DNA of 63,145 nt, filler included, from Octopus bimaculoides (GCF_001194135.2; 3 parts of 3 records of this genome joined end to end with filler, not necessarily neighbours in it); one strand, 5' to 3'; positions 13,017-25,754 are shown, numbered from the whole stretch's first letter. Notes: generated from the letters alone by a model not told the origin. Numbers and translations: made by a program.

Positions 13017-14284
13017 CTTTCTAATTGATGTATCAATACCAGCAGATGACAACGTTTCTCTAAAAGAAATGGAAAAACNNNNNNNNNNNNNNNNNNNNNN
13101 NNNNNNNNNNNNNNNNNNNNNNNNNNNNNNNNNNNNNNNNNNNNNNNNNNNNNNNNNNNNNNNNNNNNNNNNNNNNNNNNNNNNNNNNNNNNNNNNNNNN
13201 NNNNNNNNNNNNNNNNNNNNNNNNNNNNNNNNNNNNNNNNNNNNNNNNNNNNNNNNNNNNNNNNNNNNNNNNNNNNNNNNNNNNNNNNNNNNNNNNNNNN
13301 NNNNNNNNNNNNNNNNNNNNNNNNNNNNNNNNNNNNNNNNNNNNNNNNNNNNNNNNNNNNNNNNNNNNNNNNNNNNNNNNNNNNNNNNNNNNNNNNNNNN
13401 NNNNNNNNNNNNNNNNNNNNNNNNNNNNNNNNNNNNNNNNNNNNNNNNNNNNNNNNNNNNNNNNNNNNNNNNNNNNNNNNNNNNNNNNNNNNNNNNNNNN
13501 NNNNNNNNNNNNNNNNNNNNNNNNNNNNNNNNNNNNNNNNNNNNNNNNNNNNNNNNNNNNNNNNNNNNNNNNNNNNNNNNNNNNNNNNNNNNNNNNNNNN
13601 NNNNNNNNNNNNNNNNNNNNNNNNNNNNNNNNNNNNNNNNNNNNNNNNNNNNNNNNNNNNNNNNNNNNNNNNNNNNNNNNNNNNNNNNNNNNNNNNNNNN
13701 NNNNNNNNNNNNNNNNNNNNNNNNNNNNNNNNNNNNNNNNNNNNNNNNNNNNNNNNNNNNNNNNNNNNNNNNNNNNNNNNNNNNNNNNNNNNNNNNNNNN
13801 NNNNNNNNNNNNNNNNNNNNNNNNNNNNNNNNNNNNNNNNNNNNNNNNNNNNNNNNNNNNNNNNNNNNNNNNNNNNNNNNNNNNNNNNNNNNNNNNNNNN
13901 NNNNNNNNNNNNNNNNNNNNNNNNNNNNNNNNNNNNNNNNNNNNNNNNNNNNNNNNNNNNNNNNNNNNNNNNNNNNNNNNNNNNNNNNNNNNTGGTGGTG
14001 GTGGTGGTGATGGTGGTTGTGGTGGTGGCGATGGTGGTGGTGGTGCTGCTGATGCTGGCGCTGTGGCTGGTGGCGGCGGCGGCGGTGGAGGTGGTGGTGG
14101 TAGTGTGAGCTGTGGTTGCGATCACCTGTCTTTGTATGGGGTTTAATAGGCCGTGGTGGGGCGGAGGTTACCTACGCGTATATGATGTAGAGACTATGTG
14201 TTTATTAGAATTCAGAGAGTCGTTTACACCGTTACTACACATACACCCGCACACACACACACACAAACACACACACTCACACAC

Positions 14285-14615
14285 GTACATGTATGTATGT
14301 ATGTATGTATGTATGTACGTATGTACGTATGTATGTACTTACATATGTATGTATTATGTACGTATGCATGTATGTATGTATGTACGTACGTACGTACGTA
14401 TGTATGTATGTATGTATGTATGTATGTATGTATGAACGTATGTATGTACGTACGTATGTATGTATGTACATATGTATGTATTATGTACGTATACATGTAT
14501 GTATGTATGTACGTACGTATGTATGTATGTACGCATGCATGCATGTATGTATGTATGTATGTATGTATGCATGTATGTATGTATGTATGTATGTATGTAC
14601 GCTTGTATGTATGTA
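14285..14615. repeat. Compound (GTAT)/(GTAC)n microsatellite
   Basis: Direct reading. Confidence 0.97.
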
Positions 14616-14946
14616 TACCGCGCAGTGGGATATCAAATAAAGGATAGAAGTCTGCCACGGGCTCTTTATCCTGATAACTAATAAACACAATGAACGAGGC
14701 CCTGGTGACACACGTGCATTTGTGTGTGTGTGTGTGTATGTGTGTGTGTGTGTACGCCTCTATTTGTGTTTACGTCCAATGATCGTGGACTCCTACCCCT
14801 TAATTTATATATATATATATATATATATAAAGGAGCACTCCGCCCATCGGTTACGACGGCGAGGGTCCCAGCTGATACGATCCTTATATATATATAAGGA
14901 TAAAAAGTCAAGGTAGAAAATGCTAAAATAATTTTATCATAAAAAA

Positions 14947-14991
14947 CATTTCAGTACCGGTTTCAGTCATTGAGACTTTTTCAACTATAAG
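14947..14991 (-). ncRNA. Candidate minimal type I hammerhead ribozyme, U3-A8 core variant
   Basis: Minus strand UUGAAAA-AGUC-ucaau-GACU-GAAA-CCGG-UA; palindromic helix III ACCGGU; helix I weak. Confidence 0.4.
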
Positions 14992-15813
14992 TATGGAAAA
15001 CACTTAAATTTTGAAAAATTTAATGACAAGTTTTTTAAAAGAATATTTGCATAGTATTCAAATACAAGGGGAATTTTCCTTGTTTCCGCCTGTCTCTGTC
15101 TCTTTTACTCTTGTGGGTATGTAAGATATGAGGAATTTTCTTCAGAGTGACTCAAACTAATGAGTATGCAGTCTGACTGCTTAGTTTGGTATGCCACATA
15201 TCTTTCGGCTTGAACTGCAGTTGAGCATGTGATTTTGTGACTGCCTTTCTACACCGGCAAGAAGTGGCTTGCTCTTGAACCGATAGAAATAGATTAAAAT
15301 AGAAATGAAAAGGGAAACAGTTTGGCAAGACTTGACAAAAACATTTCATTTAGTTATATTATAAAAAGATAAACATGGTTTCTAACAATTGCTTGTAAAA
15401 TATCCCAGCAACTGGAACATCATGTCGAGCGAGTATTCCGTCTTCAGAGAAGGATAGGTTGAACAGGTATAAGAGTGGAGGAACGTTACAACATTACTCA
15501 TCAATGATATTATTGTAGTTCATTTTGTCGAGGAACGGAGGAGAAATCCGATTAATCCAATTAAAATAGGTATTCGTTTGGTAAATCCGTGAACAAATAA
15601 GAAAATCGGAAACGTCCATTAATGGAATTAAAAGACAGAGAATGGTTTGATTACAATCCATGAAGAGAAGGAATATATGTTACCAGTTCCAATGTTATTT
15701 TATATTCTTGATTTCGAGCATGTGTATTGTTTGATATTTTTTATTTTGTCGACTACACCGAGTACACAGTATTGTAGGGTCAATTGAGCACCGTCTGTGA
15801 GAAAAACAGCACC

Positions 15814-16566
15814 ATGACGCAATTAACTCTGCCATAAATTTGGAAACGACATGCTGTACTGCTTGGCGTTCGCGCTGGAAGTTCCAATACGGACATTTCA
15901 CAGTGGTTGCGTGTCAATCTGAGGACAGGGCAATCTGAAGACTTTTACCGAGAGTGATAAAAATCAAACATCCAATCAACATCATGGTGTTTGGAGTGAT
16001 CACTAGTAATGGTGACGTTATGCCTCCATTCATCTTCCCACTCGGCCTCACACTCAACACGGAAGCCTACATCAAGTATCTGGAGGAGTTAGTTCTGCCC
16101 TGGGTTAAGAGGGTGGCTACTGGAAGGGTCTATGTCTGGCAACAGGACTATGCACCATGTCACACAAGTAGGAGAACCCATTCATGTCTGTCAGACAATT
16201 TCTGGGTTCACATCACCCCTAAAATCTGGCCACCTAACTTCCCAGACTGCAACCCCCTTGATTATTATGTGTGGGCTGTAATTGAGCGAGAGACCAACAA
16301 ATCTCCTTGTAACACCAAAGATGAACTGAAGGCAGGGATTATGGCAGCATTGACCAACTTAAACAAGGAGACTGTCCAGAAGAGTTGCAGGAGATTCCGA
16401 AGTCGTCTGGATGCCGTGGTTGAAGCCAATAGCGATTTTATGGAATAAATTTACTCTTTCGTATTTCAAGATGTTTTTATGCCATTTTGGTAAATATATC
16501 TGTTAAAATATGATGTCAGTGTTATTTTCATTTTTGTGTAATTTAGACGATAATTTATTCACCGCA

Positions 16567-16570
<4 letters not shown>
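15814..16570 (+). mobile_element. Internally deleted Tc1/mariner element of maT (DD37D) type
   Basis: ORF 15954-16448 has QQD..(37 aa)..WPPNFPDCNPLDYYVW, i.e. D-37-D spacing by my count. An N-terminal HTH-like stub (ATG 15814, KRHAVLLGVRAGSSNTDISQWLRVNLRT) is fused directly to the catalytic half at ~15933. Probable right end CCGCACCCT at ~16570; left TIR not found. Confidence 0.85.
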
Positions 16571-16654
<84 letters not shown>

Positions 16655-16710
16655 TTCTCTCTCTCTCACTCTCTCCGCCTCACTATCTCTCTCCTTCTCC
16701 CTCTCTCTCT
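16571..16710. repeat. (CT)n microsatellite
   Basis: Direct reading. Confidence 0.97.
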
Positions 16711-16721
16711 CTTTTTATATA

Positions 16722-16865
16722 TATATTGTTGTGTCTGAGAAGAGTCATTCTCTTTTTGCGCCTTATTATTTAACACACTCACCGATCCAGTTTCCACTCA
16801 TTTACTTCTTTATTTTTCCTAAAATTTTCGTTGCATCTTCCAACCTTTTCAATAGTCGTTGACTC
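16722..16865. repeat. Interspersed repeat, second copy at 26717-26803
   Basis: Shared TTGTTGTGTCTG.AGAGTCATTCTC..CCTTATTATTTAACACACTCAC core. Confidence 0.75.
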
Positions 16866-17435
16866 TGTTCGTTATCCGAACTGCGTTCTTTTTGTTTGCC
16901 TGTATGCATATGTGTGTATCAGTGTGCGTGCGCATACACATGTATGTATCTATGTATGCATGTATGTGTGTATATATATGTCTATGTGTGTTGATGCATA
17001 TATATATATATGTATGTGTGTGTGTACGTTTGTATGTATGTATTCTGCATATTCATGTGTTTGTGTGTTCGTGTTTGTGTGCTTGTATGTATGTGTGTTT
17101 GTTTGCATGTATGTGTGTCTGCGTGTACCTCTGTCTCTTTGTCAGTGTATGCCTGAGTGTGTCCGTGTATGGGTTTTTGTGACTATGTACGCGCGTCTGT
17201 TATGTTTGGATGTGTCTTCATATGTGTCCTTGAGTGAAGTGTGCGTGTGTGTATATGGTCATGGGTTTTGCGTATGTATGTGTGTATGTGTGCTTCTCTG
17301 TTCATATTACCTATGTACCTATCTATCTCTATGTCTATCTGTTTGTATTCATATCTATTTACCTAAATATATATACATATACATATATATACATACATAC
17401 ACATATATATATATATATATATNNNNNNNNNNTAC

Positions 17436-17466
<31 letters not shown>

Positions 17467-17484
17467 GATATAGATATAGATTTA

Positions 17485-18720
17485 ATCAAATGTCGTCTAC
17501 ATACCTACAGTAAATTAAAAGAGTTGTGGACTGTTCTGCTAAGGATTGTTTAAGTTTTCTGCCCCACCAGCTCATGAAGAGGCCGGCCACGTCTCCAGCT
17601 ACACCGACACCGATGGTTGCACCTTGAACTGCATGTATAGTTTTCTGTTAAACTTTACTATGTGGTTCTTCAAGGTGGGTCTTATGTTAGCCCCTATTGC
17701 ATGTGCAATCATTCTTTTCCCCCGGCTGTTGTTTTCAGGGTCTTGCGAGGGTATGGTCCAGCCACTCTAGCGTCCTGCGGTGCTTTTCTTCACTGCTGAG
17801 GTGATAGTAGGTGGTCTTCCCCATTATGACCTGTGGGGTAGAATCTACTAAGGTCATGGTTGTCATAGCTTAGTTTAATGAGGAGGCCCAGTTCCCTCGT
17901 GTCGGCTTCACAGAATTCTACTTCACTCTCACAGATAATCTCAATATATATTTTCCACAGCAAAATTTATGTCTATAGATGGGTAGAGTGAAATTACATC
18001 CATACTAACCATTACATAATCTGTGAGGTCGTTGGATTGGTTACAACTACTGATTCTACTGAGGAGATACTCCGTGCGCACACAGACATCTGGGGACATT
18101 TCAATGAGCGATCGTAATACTTGTGAGAGGAAATAGGATAGTCTATAATTGTTGGAGATATTCGCTCCGCAAACTGGTCGGGTTGAGGACCCCATAACGG
18201 GGTTTACGTAGGGTTTATGGTCTTTACGCAACCCGTGTAGCGTAGGAACATCATTGTTGAATGCTTGGAAATTATGTGCAGTTCGATTTTGGGGTTGGAG
18301 TATGTTGCACCACATTTCCATGTGTGCATTGAGGAGTTTTTCCACTCGTTCATGTTCTTGTGGTGCAACTTCTCTCATGCTACTGATGTGTTGTTGCATG
18401 GTCTGGAAATAATTCTGTGGGCTGTCTATTGACAGTTTGCCAGACTTGTCCGTAGGGAGGCACCCTAAATCCCTGTTCCTAATTCGCTGTTTCAGGTTTT
18501 GTAGGCCTTTCACAACAGATGAACTGAGTTGGTGGGTCTCCTCCTCATTATGTTTTTTAGGGGTTTTGTCGTACCGGTATAAGATGTGTCAGAGTCTATT
18601 TCTAGCTAAGGAGATTTTTGCTTCTGTCGCACTGTCAATCTGGGGTGGGATACATACCTTTTTGTTGAAGGGTAAGTCTTTGGGGTAGACCCTGGTCATG
18701 TCACATGATTTGTTGTTAGG
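17485..18720 (-). pseudogene. Penelope-like element reverse transcriptase, decayed and truncated after YVDD
   Basis: Minus-strand motifs LPTDKSGK, PTLHGLRKDHK, RPVCGA, SMDVISLYPSID (ORF 17941-18513). After frameshifts come GRPPTIT, LKNHIVKFNRKLYMQ, GATIGVGVAGDVAGLFMSWW and CRYVDDI (YVDD at 17492-17503). Cut by a (TA)n tract at ~17480. Confidence 0.88.
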
Positions 18721-19545
18721 ATTATAGAAGAGACTATAGGGTGTTATTATCGCCATGGTTCTTGTTATAGTTGCTAGCATTCTTGTTGCTAGTGGTGGTG
18801 GTGGTGGTGGTNNNNNNNNNNNNNNNNNNNNNNNNNNNNNNNNNNNNNNNNNNNNNNNNNNNNNNNNNNNNNNNNNNNNNNNNNNNNNNNNNNNNNNNNN
18901 NNNNNNNNNNNNNNNNNNNNNNNNNNNNNNNNNNNNNNNNNNNNNNNNNNNNNNNNNNNNNNNNNNNNNNNNNNNNNNNNNNNNNNNNNNNNNNNNNNNN
19001 NNNNNNNNNNNNNNNNNNNNNNNNNNNNNNNNNNNNNNNNNNNNNNNNNNNNNNNNNNNNNNNNNNNNNNNNNNNNNNNNNNNNNNNNNNNNNNNNNNNN
19101 NNNNNNNNNNNNNNNNNNNNNNNNNNNNNNNNNNNNNNNNNNNNNNNNNNNNNNNNNNNNNNNNNNNNNNNNNNNNNNNNNNNNNNNNNNNNNNNNNNNN
19201 NNNNNNNNNNNNNNNNNNNNNNNNNNNNNNNNNNNNNNNNNNNNNNNNNNNNNNNNNNNNNNNNNNNNNNNNNNNNNNNNNNNNNNNNNNNNNNNNNNNN
19301 NNNNNNNNNNNNNNNNNNNNNNNNNNNNNNNNNNNNNNNNNNNNNNNNNNNNNNNNNNNNNNNNNNNNNNNNNNNNNNNNNNNNNNNNNNNNNNNNNNNN
19401 NNNNNNNNNNNNNNNNNNNNNNNNNNNNNNNNNNNNNNNNNNNNNNNNNNNNNNNNNNNNNNNNNNNNNNNNNNNNNNNNNNNNNNNNNNNNNNNNNNNN
19501 NNNNNNNNNNNNNNNNNNNNNNNNNNNNNNNNNNNNNNNNNNNNN

Positions 19546-19960
19546 AACAAACAGGTGTATTAGTTTGATGCTCGGGAAAGTGAGAAAGTCTTTTACGTTT
19601 CGAGCCTACGCTGTTCAACAGAAAGGAATATGAGAAAATAAACAGAGAGAGAATGAAAAAAAAACTCGTGGATTTAGCGATCGATCATGGCGTCTGGTTG
19701 GGAAAAAATAGTTTGAGAGGAGAGTTAAGAAGAAGGGGAGATAATAAAGTATTGGAGAGTTTGTAAGTGTGTGTGTTGATAGTGGCTAGTGACTTTGACG
19801 TGTAGATGTGTGCGTGTGTACGTGTGTGAATCTATAATTTGTGGGTGTGTGGAGGATGGTGTGTTGGTGTGCAGATAATGGTATGTGGTGTGGGTGCTGG
19901 GAAGTGGTCAGTGCTAATGTGTGTGGAATGGTGTGAGATGGTGTGATGTGGTGTGGTGAA
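19546..19960 (-). mobile_element. Penelope-type terminal repeat family, copy 1
   Basis: Reverse complement aligns by eye with 26200-26590. Carries GCTCGAAACGTA hammerhead-like motif and ends CGAGCATCAAACTAATACACCTG. Assignment to Penelope is inference. Confidence 0.6.
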
Positions 19961-20956
19961 AGCGGGAGTCTGGATGGCCCCTGTGCAAAGACAATCCGAA
20001 TATGTATATGCCATGGTACAAGACATTTTCCCGAAGAGCTGCTCAGTAACACAGAATCCGAAACCACGTGGTTGCAAAGCGATCATCTTAACCACACATC
20101 TACGCACGGAATACTCAACCGCTTACGCAACGAATAAACAGTTCAGTTGATCAAACGAGTAGAAGAATCCTCGTCGAAAGTGATGAATAGCCATTTACTG
20201 TTACATTTACTCAGTATATAAGTTTTAATGTGATGTGCGATTTTTTTGTTGTTGTTGTTTTCGGGAGTGATGCTTTTTATGCTTAAATATATATGTTTAC
20301 AAGCGTGTGTACTTGTATATGTATGCACATATCCATGCATTTGTATGTCTATGTGTCTGAGTTTGTGCATAGATGCGTGTTACTATGTCATTCTGTGTAT
20401 GTATTTATGCGTGTGCATGTCTCTGTGTGTGTATGTGTTTCTAGATGTATGCAGACGACACATAAACGAAAGTAACTTCTAGTAAATTTGTGTCTGTAAT
20501 TATAGAGCCACCATAAAATACTAACTTCCGGTTAGTATATAGGTTTTCCTCCATTTGCTTCAGGGCTGACTCTTGCTATCTAAATAGTCAAAACATCACA
20601 TATAACACTGTTCTTAAAATTCCGCTACTGCTACTACTGCTGAGGTTGTTGTTGAGTGTGTGAGGTGGGGGGGGCTGCTACTGGAACTGCTGCTGCTGCT
20701 GCTGGTGTATTGTTGCTGTTGATTTCGTCGTTGTTATCGCCCGTAATGTTACTGTTGTTGTTGTTGTTACTGCGCTTCGTGTTACTGTTACTATTGCTGA
20801 TTTTGTTACTGTTGCTGATGTTTCTGTTAACCTCATCGTTATTATTCCTGCTGCTGCTGCTGCTCACGTTTTTGCCGTTGTTACTGTTGCTGTTGGTTTT
20901 ATTTTTTGCCGTTCTTGCTGCTGCTACTGCTGCTGTTGCTTTGGTTATTTAGCTTC

Positions 20957-21323
20957 TGGTTAGCACTGTTACCCTTGGTGAGCCTTGGTTACCCTTGGTT
21001 AGCCTTGGTTAGTGAAGGGCAACCCTGGTTAGCCCTAGTTAGCCTTGGTTAGTGAAAGGCAACCCTGGTTAGCCCTAGTTAGCCTTGGTTAGCCCTGATT
21101 GACTATTGTCAGCCTTGGTTAGCCCTGGTTAATCCTCGTTAGACTAGATTAACCCTGCCTAGCCTTGGTTAGAGATAGGTAGCTTTGGTTAAACCTGGTT
21201 AGTCTTGATTAACCCTGGTTAGTTCTGGTTAATGTTCAGTAGCCCTAGTTAGCGTTCAATAAACCTGGTTAGACCTGGTTAACCGTGGTTAGCCCTGGTT
21301 AGCCTAGATTAGCCCTAGTTAAC
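20957..21323. repeat. Degenerate 10-bp minisatellite (consensus ~AGCCCTGGTT)
   Basis: Over 30 recognisable CC(C/T)TGGTT(A)G units, including a duplicated 33-bp block. Confidence 0.85.
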
Positions 21324-23266
21324 AAGCATTCAATAATTTCTTAAACATAATTTACCATTCTACCATGCAAAAGGCTTTTTCTTTTTCACTACTGCAGGGT
21401 GTGATTTGAGCAGGATTTCGGGTAGTATTTCTAGCAGTTCGTGTGACTGGATAAAAGATTATCGTTTGGTCTTCAGGTTATTGTTGTTGATGATGATGAT
21501 GATGATGATGATGATGTTGCCGTCGTTTAAAATTTATATTGAGCAACATATTTTATAGCGGTGTTAACCACATTTATAGGAAGATTAAAGCGGTTGCGCG
21601 TAAATATATATNNNNNNNNNNNNNNNNNNNNNNNNNNNNNNNNNNNNNNNNNNNNTTAATTAATTAANNNNNNNNNNNNNNNNNNNNNNNNNNNNNNNNN
21701 NNNNNNNNNNNATATATATATATATATACATACGCACACGCATAACCTACGACAGAGTAGCAATCATATACACAACTTGAACAGACACACACACCAGTAC
21801 ATAAACATACGTTCACATGTACATACACATATACATGCACACTCACATACACAGCTCTATAGACTTGCATACCTAAATAATCACATACAATCATAAGTAC
21901 ATACATACATACATAGTACATGCGTTACATACATACATGCATGCATACATACATACATACATACATACATATCAGGAACTAAGTGTTACTTTCTCAGATG
22001 CAGCACGGAATTTTGTCAGTGAACAAACAGTTCACGCTTTCAAAGCGACGAAAATATTTTGACAAATTAAATATAAATGTTAAAGTGCATTTAACGGTTT
22101 TTGTGTTTTCAAATGGTTTATAAACACCTTTCACGCTGAAATTGTTTTTGTTTCAGCACACGATCTCAGATCAAGTCACTTGCTATGCAAGTACATCTTC
22201 ATATATATANNNNNNNNNNNNNNNNNNNNNNNNNNNNNNNNNNNNNNNNNNNNNNNNNNNNNNNNNNNNNNNNNNNNNNNNNNNNNNNNNNNNNNNNNNN
22301 NNNNNNNNNNNNNNNNNNNNNNNNNNNNNNNNNNNNNNNNNNNNNNNNNNNNNNNNNNNNNNNNNNNNNNNNNNNNNNNNNNNNNNNNNNNNNNNNNNNN
22401 NNNNGTGTGTTGCATTTTATGCCTAGTTCATTATAAAAATTTTTTTTATATTAATGTAAAAATAACTCAAAACGTTTTGTGGAGTACATATCCAAAAATC
22501 TTTAGAAAGAAATGTTTGACGATGACTTCATGACTTCGAAGTTTTGGCTCGCTGGCTTCATTCGATTGCTCAACGTGAGTATGCTGAAACTTTGGTAACC
22601 TATGTAAATAACGTACATAATTCCTCATCTCTTAAATATAGAACTGTATATGTCATATATGTTTGTTTGCATGGAGGTGTTCGTGCGTGCGTGTGTGCAC
22701 GCGCGCGCGTGCGTGTACGTTTGTGTGTATATAGTTATGTATATGTGATTTGTGGCGTGATAACAAATGTTTGTACGAAACAATGCCCGTGATGGCATAG
22801 CTGATAATAGCCAGTGGGGTTAACAGATCTCCAGATATTTCTGATCAATGACCACACCATTAAATACGTTGGCTCCTATTGATGTGACACGAATTTTTGC
22901 AGTTCTTAGACCCAAGTGGTGATGGTGGGGTTGGATGGAAGGAGGAGATGGAGGAGGATTATGACGATAACGATGACCTTGAAGATATCGATTGCAGTGG
23001 CGATGCCGAGTTAAATTACTTCAAATGCGCACTATTTGATTTATGTTCGAAAATTTGATAAATGTGAATGAATAACGAATTCGTATGAACTGCATAAATG
23101 ATTAAAGTTTCGCTGAAAGTTCTTGTAATTATGTACAGTTCCCATATTAAATCATAATTAGAAAAATTCCAGTCAGATTTCAGTTTAAACAGAAAGACTT
23201 CAAATGACTCAGGCTACTTGATCGAGAATAGTTCAGTAGCAAAATGCGCCTCCTAAATCTTTGAAA

Positions 23267-23581
23267 CTAGACTTTATTAGCAGGAAAAGCAATTTCAACA
23301 GAAGTTGCATCAACTACTTCCTGCAAACTGTTATATAATCTTTTAGCTTTCACTTGAATGTATATCGTGTTTATCGACACATAACGTACAGTCTGCTCGT
23401 CGAAACACTTATGCAAAAGCCGTTTCATTTCCAGTATCATGCAGATGTATGAAAAAAAACTATATCTGTATATTGAATGGCGTAGCGACTTGAGCACTGG
23501 ATCTAACTTATTTTTGTGATCATGTATTGTTGACGTTGTAAGCTTTAATGCTTTTGCAATATAGCTGAGTTTATATCTCAT
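23267..23581 (-). pseudogene. Tigger/pogo transposase N-terminal (CENP-B-like HTH) remnant
   Basis: IAKALKLTTSTI..MKRLLHKCFDEQTVRYVSINTIYIQVKAKRLYNSL..FPANK follows the HTH_psq + HTH_Tc5 pattern of Tigger transposases. Confidence 0.7.
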
Positions 23582-25563
23582 ATCAAACCATTGTAAAACA
23601 TCAGTGTCAAGCCTGCATTTTCTCTTTGTTTCCTTTTCGCATTACTGCCTTTCCTTCCACTTGATGGTCCTTTTTTTTTTATTCGTTATATTGAATAAAT
23701 AATAAAATTGTATAGCAATCTAATAAATCTAATAATAGAAGTTATAGACAAATAACTTGCAGCAGATAATAAATCAAGGGGGTCTGAAGAAAACTGAGAC
23801 GTTCTGTGTCAGCAAAAAGTAGTTATCCTATCACTTTGAGACAGGAATATTAATGAGAACAGAATGAAGTGGGAGGAATTGTTGTTTGAATATATTTAAA
23901 AGCAAGACGTAGGTCAGTTGAATTGGTGCACGCACAAAGTAGGCTGGAGTAGAAACCACGTAGGTAGTGACGAAGTTGGAAATATTAGGTGTCATAATTT
24001 TACATTTTAAAAACTGTTAAAATTTACCTGAGTTTTCATATGTCGGAAATTGAGACCATTAATCAAAATTCGTGATCATGCCATTTTCAGCAAGAGAGGG
24101 ATTCCATAAGAAAAGTTTCTCTAATACGAAGACGTCTGCATTTTGAAATTTCCGAGTTAATTCTTCATAGATTTCTCACCCCAAATCTAAATGAGTATGC
24201 CGATATAATTTTTATATAAATTTCATCTCATCCAAAATTTGATATTATCATATCAACAAATTTTTCCTTAAACGTTCTTGGAAAGGTTTCTCATCTACAA
24301 AGACTGCCCTTACTTATTATATGCGCGCGCGCACGTGCGTGCATGTGTGTGTGTGTGTGCGTCTGTGTAAGCCATTGTTTGCACATATTTGTATGTTGCA
24401 TGCATAATATGCATCCACCATTCAAGGTTGCCTCAGCTAAAGTTCAATAACCCGCAATGATACTGGCCTCGCTACCTGTACTGTAACAACACACCCTATA
24501 TCAACCTCTACCATAACATACTGAAACTTTATAATGTTCCTTCCGAAATTTTAGAATGCAAGCAACAGCAGATGACACAAAATAATATATTAACACAGTA
24601 GTTGAAATCAGTTACAGAGAAAGAGAACATCTATGCGGAATTTAGGAGAAACCTACTGTTATCCATCGGGACTAAAACTTTAGATTTCTACACATAATTA
24701 TTAGACCACGCGATTATATAACGAACTGCATTGAAGCCAATGTTGAGAAGAAGTGATTTTTACAACTAGCAAGGAAAAACCCTAATCAGAAGATTACATC
24801 TACAAGCTATCAAAGATACTAGATCCACATATTTAATGCTATCCATGCCTACGGCCATGTGGAGGCGAGCACATTCATATGTATGTGCAAATGTAAACGC
24901 TTACTTGCTTACATATATATGTACAAGGATACACATCTGTATATGCATACATACATACGTGCGTACATTTATACATACATATACTGGATCTTTGTCCATT
25001 GAAGAGAAAGTCGAAAGATAATACTGAGAGCATATGCATACTTACTACATACATAATCATATACATCTACATACATTCGTGAATACATCCTTTAGCTTTT
25101 ATATTTTTCTGTCTTTACACAGTGAACATGCTGGGGCACGAATTGAAGGATTTAGTCGAACGATTTGATTTCAGTATATGCTTTTTTCTCAAGTCTGGTA
25201 CTTTTTCTATCGATTCCAGCACTGGATGTCATGTGGTGGGGGTAGACAAACGAAAACACAGCACAGAAGCTTACATGCACGCATGCACACATAAACATAC
25301 GCACATATATAAAGATGTGTACGAAAGGCTTCCAGAGTCTCTGTTTATCAAGCTCTTTCTCAAGGCATTACTCTGCCGGGGCTATAGGTGAAACCGTTTG
25401 CTCAAATTGCAGAGCAATGGGACAGAACTCCAAGCCACTAGGTTGCGAAGTATGTTTCTTAACATGCATATGCCTATATATACATATGTATATACATGCT
25501 TGCATACATACATACATACATACATACATACACACGTACATACATACATATGTATATACATGC

Positions 25564-25608
<45 letters not shown>

Positions 25609-25723
25609 NNNNNNNNNNNNNNNNNNNNNNNNNNNNNNNNNNNNNNNNNNNNNNNNNNNNNNNNNNNNNNNNNNNNNNNNNNNNNNNNNNNNNNNNNNNN
25701 NNNNNNNNNNNNNNNNNNNNNNN

Positions 25724-25749
<26 letters not shown>

Positions 25750-25754
<5 letters not shown>

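Noticed and set aside
14879-14900. 22-bp perfect palindrome ATCCTTATATATATATAAGGAT
   Set aside because: Mostly a self-complementary (TA)n run with 5-bp flanks; expected by chance in this repeat-rich context.
16810-16865. Minus-strand UUGAAAA-G-GUUG/CAAC-GAAA hammerhead-like core
   Set aside because: Register of helix II and III is off by one and no helix I; not supportable from this copy.
20957-21323. Possible CRISPR-like or coding repeat
   Set aside because: No spacers, eukaryotic context, and no open frame; a plain minisatellite.
21612-21711. TTAATTAATTAA island inside an N gap
   Set aside because: Exactly 44 N + 12 bp + 44 N = 100 bp, with stops in all six frames; an artificial scaffolding spacer, not biology.
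24430-24870. Protein-like stretches possibly from a LINE ORF2 C-terminus (CYPC..C..EH)
   Set aside because: Too many stops and too little motif evidence to support a call.
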